DNA of 64,000 nt, from contig CAXXGJ010000006.1 of the NCBI GenBank assembly GCA_963677895.2, forward strand, positions 224,001-288,000, written 5' to 3'. The stretch is from Treponemataceae bacterium (GTDB lineage Bacteria; Spirochaetota; Spirochaetia; Treponematales; Rectinemataceae). Shown here piece by piece: positions 11,450-19,751 of this stretch. Within the stretch, counting starts at the first letter, position 1; every line of letters begins with the position of its first letter. The notes under the pieces were generated by a model. That model was given only the letters and a program-made list of their open reading frames with translations. It was not told the origin of the DNA and searched no databases. A program made the translations under genes and the position numbers.

Positions 11450-11935
11450 ATGGAAAAGAACGAATTCAATGCTCTCGTGAACGCTTTCGAGCACGCGTAC
11501 GACGCCTTGTCGGCCGAGCTGAACCCGCTCGGTCCCGATGAATTGAACTTCGTGCCGCCTATCCTCGACGCCTGGTCCATCAACGAACACCTCGTCCATC
11601 TCCTGGACGCCGACAGTAACCTCGTGATGCGACTGAGGGGCGCGGTGGCGGAACCTGGAAGGAGCGTGCCCGTCTGGAACCAGGAGGCCTGGCGCGCGAA
11701 GAACAATTATTCCGCGAGCGACGGCGTTTTCTGCCTCGATCTTGCCGTTTCCCTCAGGAAATTCCTGGCCGAATCGCTCCGGACCCTCGACGACGCGACC
11801 CGCGAAGCAGCCTGCGTCATGCATCCCGAACGGGGCAAGCTCAGCCTTGCCGATGTCCTGACCATCTATACGGGACATGCCGATTTTCACTTCAAGTATC
11901 TGAAAAGGAATCTTGAGGCGTTTAAAAATAAATAG
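11450..11935 (+). CDS. DinB/YfiT family protein
   Basis: WSINEHLVHL, HPERG, GHADFH His triad. Confidence 0.8.
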   Translation: MEKNEFNALVNAFEHAYDALSAELNPLGPDELNFVPPILDAWSINEHLVHLLDADSNLVMRLRGAVAEPGRSVPVWNQEAWRAKNNYSASDGVFCLDLAVSLRKFLAESLRTLDDATREAACVMHPERGKLSLADVLTIYTGHADFHFKYLKRNLEAFKNK

Positions 11936-11950
11936 CTCAGAGGAAGTACG

Positions 11951-12652
11951 ATGGATCTGATGGAAAGCCTTACGACGATACGAATCGGCCCGATGGACGC
12001 CGCCATCCGCCTCATCCTGGCCATGTTGGCGGGAGGGCTGGTGGGAATGGAGCGCGAGATGCGCCGCCAGACCGCCGGCCTGCGCACCCATATTCTCATA
12101 TCGCTCGGCTCCTGCCTCCTGATGATGCTCTCCATCTGGATGCCCCAGTCCGTCGGCCTCGACAAGGGCGATCCGGGGCGCATCGCCGCCCAGGTGGTGT
12201 CGGGCATAGGTTTCCTTGGCGCCGGCGCCTTCATAAAAATCGGCAACAACGTGAAGGGCATGACGACAGCGGCCAGTCTCTGGGTCGTGGCGGCCATCGG
12301 CCTGACCATAGGCGGCGGCATGTGGATCGCCGGCCTCATCACCCTTGTCCTGGTCCTGATCGCCCTCGCCGCCCTGGAGCCCGTCGAGCGCAAGCTTTTC
12401 CCCGCCGAGCGTTTCAAATACATCGGCATCTGGTTCGCGGAAAATACGGCCGACCGAGGCAAAGTCCTCGACGTCCTCGCCGAGCACGGCATACGCGTCC
12501 AATCCGTCGACGCGAGCCAGGATGTGGCCAGGCAATCCACCAAGTTCTCCGTGCTGGCCAAGATCCCCGTCGATGTGGACATAGAGCGTCTCTTCAGGGA
12601 CCTTCGCCATATCGGCAACGTCGAAAAGGTGAAAATCGAGGAAAACGCCTAA
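11951..12652 (+). CDS. MgtC/SapB family membrane protein
   Basis: GMERE..AGLRTH, DPGRIAAQVVSGIGFLGAG, GMTTAASLW. Confidence 0.92.
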   Translation: MDLMESLTTIRIGPMDAAIRLILAMLAGGLVGMEREMRRQTAGLRTHILISLGSCLLMMLSIWMPQSVGLDKGDPGRIAAQVVSGIGFLGAGAFIKIGNNVKGMTTAASLWVVAAIGLTIGGGMWIAGLITLVLVLIALAALEPVERKLFPAERFKYIGIWFAENTADRGKVLDVLAEHGIRVQSVDASQDVARQSTKFSVLAKIPVDVDIERLFRDLRHIGNVEKVKIEENA

Positions 12653-12709
12653 CCGAGTCTGACGGCCACGGACCAAGCTCGAACTTATTGGGTTTGTTCA
12701 GGTGAAGAC

Positions 12710-13408
12710 TCAGCGGGCCAGCCAGCTCCTGACGTCGTTCAAGTTCCCAAATACCCGCGCGGCCTTGCACAGTGCTTCTTCATCCGGCTGTATCAAATCG
12801 GGAACCATCACCGGTATCGTCCCCGCCGCGTAGGCCGCGGCTATTCCTGTGCGCGAATCCTCCAGCACCAGGCAGGAGCCGGGGGTCACACCGAGCCCTG
12901 CGGCTGCCTTCAGATATATCTCGGGATCGGGTTTTGTCTTCTCAACCTCATCCCCGCAAATGGTAAAGTTGAAGCGCTCAAAAAGGCCCGCCTTGCGCAG
13001 AAGCGGCATGACGCGGGGCCTTGTGGTTGACGTCGCCACGGCCATCGGAATCTTTTCAGCCTTGAAAAAGCCAATAATATCAAGGAGGCCGTGTTTGAGC
13101 GGAACTTCATTCTCACGGAAATAATCGGCTTCCAGGGCGAGCCTGGTAGCCCTGATGGCGTCGTAAGGGAATTCCGGCCCATGCGTTTCCATCATGAACA
13201 GCCTGCCGGAGGCGCTCGACTGTCCGACGAGGCTCTTGAGCACTTCGGGGCCGATGTCCCAACCGTGCGCGGCTCCCGCCTTTGTCCAAAGCTCATGGGC
13301 GACCCTTTCGGTATCGAACATGAGCCCATCCATATCGAATGCGACCGCCTCGATCGCGAAACCATCCACGCATAGCATTCCCGTACTCCTCAAAACTGGT
13401 TGTGCCAT
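12710..13408 (-). CDS. HAD-superfamily phosphatase (CbbY/beta-PGM-like)
   Basis: FDMDGLMFDTE, ATST, KPDPEIY, LEDS..G; start uncertain. Confidence 0.88.
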   Translation of the reverse strand: MAQPVLRSTGMLCVDGFAIEAVAFDMDGLMFDTERVAHELWTKAGAAHGWDIGPEVLKSLVGQSSASGRLFMMETHGPEFPYDAIRATRLALEADYFRENEVPLKHGLLDIIGFFKAEKIPMAVATSTTRPRVMPLLRKAGLFERFNFTICGDEVEKTKPDPEIYLKAAAGLGVTPGSCLVLEDSRTGIAAAYAAGTIPVMVPDLIQPDEEALCKAARVFGNLNDVRSWLAR

Positions 13409-13522
13409 AATGTACTATTCCATGTAAGCATGAAAAGCGCTTAACCCTTCAGCCAGAGTTCTTTGGCTAAAATCTCGCGATCGGCAGTCAAATGCGCTGC
13501 AAAACCAGCCTGTGCCATTCCG

Positions 13523-13551
13523 TTGACTTTTTTCTGCCCAGCTTGTATATT
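13523..13551 (+). promoter_or_regulatory. Sigma70-type promoter for the tRNA
   Basis: TTGACT-17 bp-TATATT, 55 bp upstream of the tRNA. Confidence 0.6.
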
Positions 13552-13605
13552 TTTTGCCGCGCCCGGAGGGTGAATAGTCCCTCGTGGCGTTCCGCTTGGT
13601 TGCGC

Positions 13606-13679
13606 GGGCCCATAGCTCAGTTGGTTAGAGCCGCGGACTCATAATCCGTTGGTCCCTGGTTCAAGTCCAGGTGGGCCCA
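13606..13679 (+). tRNA. tRNA with CAT anticodon, probably tRNA-Ile2 (lysidine); integration target (attL)
   Basis: Acceptor GGGCCCA/TGGGCCC + A73, D arm AGCTCAGTTGGTTAGAGC, anticodon loop CT-CAT-AA (13638-13644), T loop GGTTCAAGTCC; no C1:A72 mismatch or 3 G-C anticodon pairs of initiator tRNA; CCA not encoded. Confidence 0.93.
13637..13679 (+). repeat. attL core (43 bp, tRNA 3' half)
   Basis: ACTCATAATCCGTTGGTCCCTGGTTCAAGTCCAGGTGGGCCCA identical to 45080-45122. Confidence 0.95.
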
Positions 13680-13747
13680 TACCCTAAGACACTTTAGGGA
13701 AATGAATTACGATCAGCTACCAGAAAACTGGCGCTGAATCCTTATCC

Positions 13748-13770
13748 AATTGTGAGATGGAATTGTGAGA
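13748..13770 (+). repeat. Putative integrase arm-type site pair (left arm)
   Basis: AATTGTGAGA-TGG-AATTGTGAGA; 22/23 identical to 44940-44962. Confidence 0.75.
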
Positions 13771-13792
13771 AATTCCGTCTTGGGAGGGTTCA

Positions 13793-15133
13793 ATGCGTCA
13801 GAAGCTGTTCTCGCTACAACTTCGAAATGGTACTTACTATGCTCAGTTGTTTAACCCCATTACACGGAAGTACTCTTCACCAAGATCAACCAGAACTTCT
13901 GATTATGGCGAAGCTAATGGCATAGCCTTAGATTGGCTTAAGAACGGCCTTCCTAATGCACGAAGAGGGCGCTATTCCGAAACCAGCAACTTTGACAGAA
14001 AACGACGAGAAATAGCCGATCTTCTATCGGTAGATGCTGCTATAGCTACCATTAAATCCGATCACTTCAGTCTTGATGATGGCCAGAGAATAGTTGAGGC
14101 TTTGAAAGAACGCGGTATCATCGAATCTGTGGTCCTTACGAGTTCATCCAGCCAGAAGCTGCTTATCCAGTACCTCAAGGATTTCTGGACTTACGAGACA
14201 TCTCCTTACGTTCATGAGAAGCATCTGTATGGGCAGCGTATTGGGAAGCGGCACGTCCTTGAATCCTTGCATCGCGTTCAATACTGGGAGAAGGCTTTTT
14301 CTTCAACCACTCTACTTAGTGAAGTATCAATTCATGACCTTAGAGACTTTACTCTCAAATTAGCCGAAGAAGGCCGGGCAGCAAATACCATCAATCAGAT
14401 CATGTTTGCCGGAACGACAGCGCTGAAATGGGCTGCTTCCCATGGGCAACTGACTGTTGATCCAACAAAAGGCTTAATGCAGTTCTCTGGACAGGCGATA
14501 AAGCGTGGGATTCTCACTGAAAAGGAAGCATCAAGTCTATTCCGTATAGCCTGGAAAGATGAACGGGCTAGGATAGGTAACCTTGTAGCGATGACGACTG
14601 GTTTGCGATCTGGTGAAGTACTAGCATTACAAATCGAGGATATTGGAGCAGATAGGCTTTTCATTCGTCATTCCTGGAGTGCGGCCGATGAGTTAAAGGG
14701 AACCAAGACAAACCGTGAACGGATAGTCCCCTTATTGCCGCAAGTTCGAACGGAATTGATAGCCTTAGCGAAAAAGAACCCACACCGAGGTCCGGAACAA
14801 AAGTTCATCTTCTATGGGCTGCTTCCTGGAAAGCCGATGGTTCCTAATATTCTCCTTGAGGGTTTATGTAGTGCCCTGATAGATATCGGGATGACGGAAG
14901 AAGCTCGGCAAGAACGTCACATCTGTTTCCACTCATGGCGACATTATTTCACAGCACATATGAATTCCATAGCAGATTCTAAAAAGGTTCAGAAGGCAAC
15001 AGGACATACAACGGATTCGGTGTTCGACGGTTATGCCGATCATGAGATAGCTTCTGATATGAAGGTGCTTTCAAAGACAGCAAAGAGTGTCTTCAAGAAA
15101 GTACTAGACTTTAAAATTGCAGTTGATCAATGA
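13793..15133 (+). CDS. Tyrosine recombinase / phage-type integrase
   Basis: TGLRSGE (R), KGTKT (K), FHSWRH (HxxR), TGH, DGY (Y); directly after the tRNA. Confidence 0.93.
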   Translation: MRQKLFSLQLRNGTYYAQLFNPITRKYSSPRSTRTSDYGEANGIALDWLKNGLPNARRGRYSETSNFDRKRREIADLLSVDAAIATIKSDHFSLDDGQRIVEALKERGIIESVVLTSSSSQKLLIQYLKDFWTYETSPYVHEKHLYGQRIGKRHVLESLHRVQYWEKAFSSTTLLSEVSIHDLRDFTLKLAEEGRAANTINQIMFAGTTALKWAASHGQLTVDPTKGLMQFSGQAIKRGILTEKEASSLFRIAWKDERARIGNLVAMTTGLRSGEVLALQIEDIGADRLFIRHSWSAADELKGTKTNRERIVPLLPQVRTELIALAKKNPHRGPEQKFIFYGLLPGKPMVPNILLEGLCSALIDIGMTEEARQERHICFHSWRHYFTAHMNSIADSKKVQKATGHTTDSVFDGYADHEIASDMKVLSKTAKSVFKKVLDFKIAVDQ

Positions 15134-15149
15134 CCTTTTGGTCGGCTGA

Positions 15150-15791
15150 TCATGAACCAGGGGAGCTTTGATTAGTAGACTTCCCTAATAATTTGTTTCG
15201 GTGCTTAGAGCGTTCTTGGCGTTTCTTTTCTTCATCACTAGCATTTTTCAGCCTCGATTTTGTAGCGCTATACGACTCAGGTGAAATATCCCGATTATTA
15301 ATGAGGAAACATGAGATGATAGCCGTACGAGCTGGTGGAATTTCTAGCTTCCCTTCTTTTTGTACCTCCTCTAGCCATAGGCATAGCTCTTTTAAAGTAC
15401 CATTGAATTTAAGTTTTCCAATATCGCTGTTTCTTGCAACCTTCTGAAAGACACTGCTCGCATTATTAAATTCAATGCTTACTGCCTCGCGGATTTCTTC
15501 TATAAAACTCGTTTGGGAAACAGCATAGTCCCTTAAGGAAGGCGGTTGATGCAGAGCTTTAGATAGTTTTTGAATAGTATATAAAATAGGTCGGATCTCT
15601 TCAGGTTCCTCCTCTATTATTGGATCAATACTAGGCTCGTTGTGCTGCAGTTCAAAAGGAGAAATTTGCCTCAGTTGGCCTTCAAGATATGCTAATCTTT
15701 CTTTTATTATATCCAAAGCCGTAGTGATCTGTAGTTTTTTGCTAAGAACATCCTTAAGCACAATATCAAGATCCATCATTTTCTTAAACAC
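15150..15791 (-). CDS. Hypothetical protein, possible regulator (weak RteC-like C-terminus), divergent from the xis operon
   Basis: 213-aa ORF; LKFNGTLKELCLWLEEVQKEGKLE loosely resembles RteC-type helices; repressor-like position. Confidence 0.5.
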   Translation of the reverse strand: MFKKMMDLDIVLKDVLSKKLQITTALDIIKERLAYLEGQLRQISPFELQHNEPSIDPIIEEEPEEIRPILYTIQKLSKALHQPPSLRDYAVSQTSFIEEIREAVSIEFNNASSVFQKVARNSDIGKLKFNGTLKELCLWLEEVQKEGKLEIPPARTAIISCFLINNRDISPESYSATKSRLKNASDEEKKRQERSKHRNKLLGKSTNQSSPGS

Positions 15792-15956
15792 CTCATTAAT
15801 CTCTTATCCCATAAGATATTGTATCTAAATATTAATGTTTATAAAGCCTTTGGCATTAATTGTTAATGTCCAAAGTTAACACGGATTTTACTCTAATGGT
15901 TTTATCAAAGCAATCATTTCAGCATACTTCCACTTGAGAAAAGCAAGGAGGTATCG

Positions 15957-16148
15957 ATGGCTGAGGAGTTGAAGGAAGGATTGTTCTCTGTACGACGAGC
16001 AGCTACCTATCTGGGAATCTCAGCGCAGACGTTATATAGGCGTCATCCCGAGATTCCTAGAATTCGGATAGGATCACTGATTCGTTTCCAGCGTACAGAC
16101 CTGGATCAATACATCGACAAGAATCGTTTTGTAAAAGCGGAACTCTAA
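15957..16148 (+). CDS. Excisionase/AlpA-like helix-turn-helix protein
   Basis: FSVRRAATYLGISAQTLYR...IPRIRIGSLIRF...DLDQYI; RBS AGGAGG. Confidence 0.85.
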   Translation: MAEELKEGLFSVRRAATYLGISAQTLYRRHPEIPRIRIGSLIRFQRTDLDQYIDKNRFVKAEL

Positions 16149-16167
16149 AAGGAAAGGAGCACATCAT

Positions 16168-16368
16168 ATGACAACTGAGGAGAGCTTGATGGCAAATAAG
16201 AATCTCGAGGTAGCCCTTGCGGAGGCACCTCAATATGGCTGGTTGAGCATAACGATCAAGTTTAGGGCAGGGAAAATCTGCCAGATAGAACGGCACAAAT
16301 TAGTTCAGACATTACCAAGTAAGGAAGTTCCTTACGGTATAAAACAGATTTCAAGGAGTATCAAATGA
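16168..16368 (+). CDS. Small hypothetical protein (DUF2292/YezD-like)
   Basis: YGWLSITIKFRAGKICQIE pattern; RBS AAGGAG; stop overlaps next start. Confidence 0.5.
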   Translation: MTTEESLMANKNLEVALAEAPQYGWLSITIKFRAGKICQIERHKLVQTLPSKEVPYGIKQISRSIK

Positions 16369-17138
16369 ACAGAGCTAATCTAGTTAATCATGAGTCACTT
16401 AACGAGGATCATGCAAAAAAAAACAGAAGACGTTCTATTGATTTAGAAGCACTGTTATACGGCAATCTTCCATCAAAAAAGATCACCCAAGTTTGGACGG
16501 AGGATGGAAGAATCGATTTTATTACCTTTCATAGGGTTCTATTAAAATCCCTCATTAGCCAAAACAAAAGAGTAATTTTCATAACAGGTGATGCAGATTT
16601 GCCAAAACTTCCCTGTATTATTTCTTCGCAAGGTGAAAAATGTATAAGCCCATTGCTAAAAATTTATAAAGTCAGCTTCTTTGAAGAAATCGAAGAGATT
16701 CTTAAGGAAGAGGAAAAATCTCCAGCTGCAATAATCATTGATGGAATCAGTAAAGTTATGTGTCATAGCCAGAGGGGAAAAGGCCATGATGATGCTGATT
16801 TAGTAGAAATTGATAAGGCAGAACTGAATGCTGAAAAGAAAATCATGAAACTCTTGCAACAAAGAACCAAGGATTTTGATTTTCCGGTTTTATTTACTTC
16901 ATATAGTAACCAGGTCTATAGGTCTGGAGGTTACTCATTAGGGTTTTGCCCTGATAAAGAACCCGTACTTTTTTATGGATCGGATATATCCATTGAACTC
17001 ATTCCAGACTCATTGGTGGATGGTTTTCATTACATACAAGCTTTTGAGTATAGACTTTCCAGGAAAACAAAAAAAGAATTGATATTCGCTTGGCCGATAC
17101 GATCCTATTGGAGCCAAGGGTCACTAATCGACCTATAA
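16365..17138 (+). CDS. Degenerate DnaB/RecA-fold ATPase-like protein
   Basis: VIFIT, AAIIIDGI (Walker B-like), LLQQRTKDFDFPVLFTS similar to DnaB LK.LAKEL.VPVI.LSQ, SDISIEL; no intact Walker A. Confidence 0.5.
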   Translation: MNRANLVNHESLNEDHAKKNRRRSIDLEALLYGNLPSKKITQVWTEDGRIDFITFHRVLLKSLISQNKRVIFITGDADLPKLPCIISSQGEKCISPLLKIYKVSFFEEIEEILKEEEKSPAAIIIDGISKVMCHSQRGKGHDDADLVEIDKAELNAEKKIMKLLQQRTKDFDFPVLFTSYSNQVYRSGGYSLGFCPDKEPVLFYGSDISIELIPDSLVDGFHYIQAFEYRLSRKTKKELIFAWPIRSYWSQGSLIDL

Positions 17139-17280
17139 CAAGCCCTATCCTAAAAGAAAAATGACTATCAACAGAGGAGATAGAGTTGAAGGACCATATA
17201 TGAATTAGCCTTGATAAATATTAAGCCCTATAACGAGCCCCATCTTAATAGAAAACTGATCATAGGTTTAGGAGATAGCA

Positions 17281-18321
17281 GTGATAGACAGTATTGGAAT
17301 TCATACGAAGATAAGTCTCGATGAAGTTGAGTCTTTTATTTATCACCTGCAAGAAGTTAAGAGAAGCCCACGTAAGATAATCGGAAAGATTAATGGTATT
17401 CCGATAAAGGTATTACAAAGTGGAGATATCTACTCAAACTTCAGTCTCCCTAAATACTTCCTAAGATTAACTGGTAAGGTATTAAACGTTACACTGATGC
17501 AAGAGTGTATTGAGAACATCTTGGATGATATACCCGCTTTTCATGATGGAAACCTGTATAGGATAGATATAGCTGATACATTTACGATGTCACAGCCGAT
17601 ACCAAATTATCTGGAGGTTCTTGGGCCAAAAAATAATTGTAGAAGAGTGGAAGATATCTTTGGGTCAAAACCATATAGATATGACTATGATCACCAGACT
17701 AAACACTATAGGTATAAAATACGATCTCTGGTTTTCTATGATAAAAACGCTGAAGAGTTAAGCCAACGTAAGGGGATGAAGCCTGAAAAATTCATTCACA
17801 ATCTATCTACCAACGAACTACGATACGAACTTCAATTCAAGGAAGGTGTCGCAAAACAATTATACAGTGATATAGAATATCAATTTACGCTAATGGATCT
17901 ATTACATCCTAGTCTGTTAAAATTGCTCGCTGATTATTGGAAGAATGAATTTGATGATATCTTGTTAATTCCTCAAAGCTGCTTTTGTCCAGTATTTGAT
18001 ACAACGATAGGTTTTCAAAATGCATTGGCAAGCTATGGCTATCAATGTGCTGGGCCAAATAATGTTGAGGCTTTAATAAAGAAAGCAACGAAAGAACGTA
18101 AGATAAGCAGTCAAAGTGGTTCTCGATTAAGAAGAAAATTACGTAAGAATTATAGGCAGTATTCTAAAGGGATACAATCAGATCCAATTTCTGAGCTGCA
18201 AAACGCTGTGAATACGTCATATAAGAAGTTCCTTACGCACATAGAGTCACTCCAAACCATACAGGCTGTTCAGCAGAATGAACTCAATAACCTAATTGAA
18301 GGAGATAACGATGAAAAATGA
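17281..18321 (+). CDS. Rolling-circle replication initiator/relaxase (phage gene II/X, Rep_trans-like)
   Basis: MIDSI start, NFSLPKY, YRIDIA, LVFYDK, LRYEL motifs characteristic of this family. Confidence 0.75.
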   Translation: MIDSIGIHTKISLDEVESFIYHLQEVKRSPRKIIGKINGIPIKVLQSGDIYSNFSLPKYFLRLTGKVLNVTLMQECIENILDDIPAFHDGNLYRIDIADTFTMSQPIPNYLEVLGPKNNCRRVEDIFGSKPYRYDYDHQTKHYRYKIRSLVFYDKNAEELSQRKGMKPEKFIHNLSTNELRYELQFKEGVAKQLYSDIEYQFTLMDLLHPSLLKLLADYWKNEFDDILLIPQSCFCPVFDTTIGFQNALASYGYQCAGPNNVEALIKKATKERKISSQSGSRLRRKLRKNYRQYSKGIQSDPISELQNAVNTSYKKFLTHIESLQTIQAVQQNELNNLIEGDNDEK

Positions 18322-19330
18322 AGCAGATTCTCTACAAAAACGATGCAAACTTTTTCAGAAAGTAGAAGAAACAGGTAACGTGGCTGAAGCCTGTCGGACT
18401 CTGGGCGTCAATAAATCATCCTACTACAATTTTAAAAGCCTATATGAGAAATATGGAGTTGAGGGGCTTAAGGGGAATAACAAAGAGGACTTGAAACATC
18501 TGTCATCAGAAAAGGCTAGAAAACGAAAGATGGACAAAATAGCTGAGTACGTTATTCAATATCCTGAAGTCGGTTGTCATAGGATTAGAAATTTTCTTCT
18601 TGAAGAGAAAGTTTCAATGTCTGCAAATGCTATTCAAAATGCACTTAAATACAGGGGATTAGGCTCAACTATTGATAGGATTCATGCCCTTGAGGAAAAG
18701 TTATACAAGGAAGATACAAACCCTACTGAGGAGCAGCGTGAACTTATAGAAGGAAAAGACCCATGTATGAAGGAGCGGGGATTAGTGTGTAAAGCCCCAG
18801 GCGAAGTTTTAGTTCAATGTATTTCTAGCTTGCATACACCTTCAACTCAGAAAGTATTATTCGCTCATTATGTAATTGATCGGTATGGATGCCTGGCCTT
18901 CCTAATATTCGACCGTTCGGAGTCAATTGATGTTTCTATCCGGCTGCTAAACGATAGTGTAATTCCTTACTACGATGAAATGGGAATCAAGATTCAAGAG
19001 ATTTTGCTTGAAGCCGAAGAAGAGCCTGATGCAGAAAACTTGTCAAGATATAGTAGTTTCGTGAAGAACTATGGAATAGCGCTTAGGTTCATAGAAAGCA
19101 CAGATGAAAACGCAGATGGGTTTGCCCAGCGTTTTGAGACCTGCTTTTGTGATAAGCTACTATCTGATCCAAAGACAAAGTTGTATCTAGAAGAGATTGA
19201 AGTCTTAAACGAGAAGTGCCAGATCTGGTTGAATCGGTATAATTCTAGTTCATATCATGGCTATAGGAATTTTGGGAACTCTCCATATGATGTAATCAAA
19301 GAATATCGAGCTGGCAGGCAACCAATCTAA
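18311..19330 (+). CDS. IS481-family transposase-derived protein, catalytic DDE residues apparently substituted
   Basis: N-terminal GNVAEACRTLGVNKSSYY..YEKYGVEGL HTH; rve-like PGEVLVQ, VIDRY, GFAQRF, WLNRYN..YHGYRNFGNSP. Confidence 0.75.
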   Translation: MKNEADSLQKRCKLFQKVEETGNVAEACRTLGVNKSSYYNFKSLYEKYGVEGLKGNNKEDLKHLSSEKARKRKMDKIAEYVIQYPEVGCHRIRNFLLEEKVSMSANAIQNALKYRGLGSTIDRIHALEEKLYKEDTNPTEEQRELIEGKDPCMKERGLVCKAPGEVLVQCISSLHTPSTQKVLFAHYVIDRYGCLAFLIFDRSESIDVSIRLLNDSVIPYYDEMGIKIQEILLEAEEEPDAENLSRYSSFVKNYGIALRFIESTDENADGFAQRFETCFCDKLLSDPKTKLYLEEIEVLNEKCQIWLNRYNSSSYHGYRNFGNSPYDVIKEYRAGRQPI

Positions 19331-19429
19331 ATGGACAGAGTTTTTGGTACTTCCCTATTGGATGAGGAGATTTATGCCACCAGAATACTTAATGGACTCC
19401 AAAAAAGGGGACCGAATAGAAAGGATTAA

Positions 19430-19605
19430 CTCCTTACGGCAAGAAGAAGGGGCCTTACATACGGGATAAAGCGGGCTGGGAAGGGCTCGATCCAAGAGCT
19501 TGAAAAAAGGCTCCTTACGGTTTTCCCGTTACGCTCGAACTGCAGCTTCTATAAAAATGAAAAGCACCTCCTTACGGTTTTGTGCTTAAGTACAAAAGTG
19601 TACTT
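19430..19605 (+). repeat. Three CTCCTTACGG direct repeats plus hairpins in non-coding DNA (candidate origin or nick region)
   Basis: Copies at 19430, 19511, 19568 (last two extend to CTCCTTACGGTTTT); third lies in the loop of AAGCAC/GTGCTT; AAGTACA-AAAG-TGTACTT at 19588-19605. Confidence 0.65.
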
Positions 19606-19751
19606 CCATATGACTTGAACCAGATCTAAAAGACAGTAAGAATTCCTCTTATGGCATGGCTCTGAAAGGCTTCTTCTTGCCTGGTTTTTGCTTGTTTCCA
19701 CCCTTCAACCGAAGTAGAATGACAAAAAGATGAAAAAAGGGAGAAGTTGAC

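Noticed and set aside
11345..12676. 940-aa ORF suggesting a long N-terminal fusion on glycerol kinase
   Set aside because: The extension is the antisense shadow of the DinB and MgtC genes on the + strand; GlpK homology starts at MSTKEQY (11344)
19430..19581. CRISPR-like array or Cas4-associated repeats
   Set aside because: Repeats are only 10-14 bp with irregular spacing, there are no cas1/cas2 genes, and the Cas4-like domain is part of a UvrD fusion
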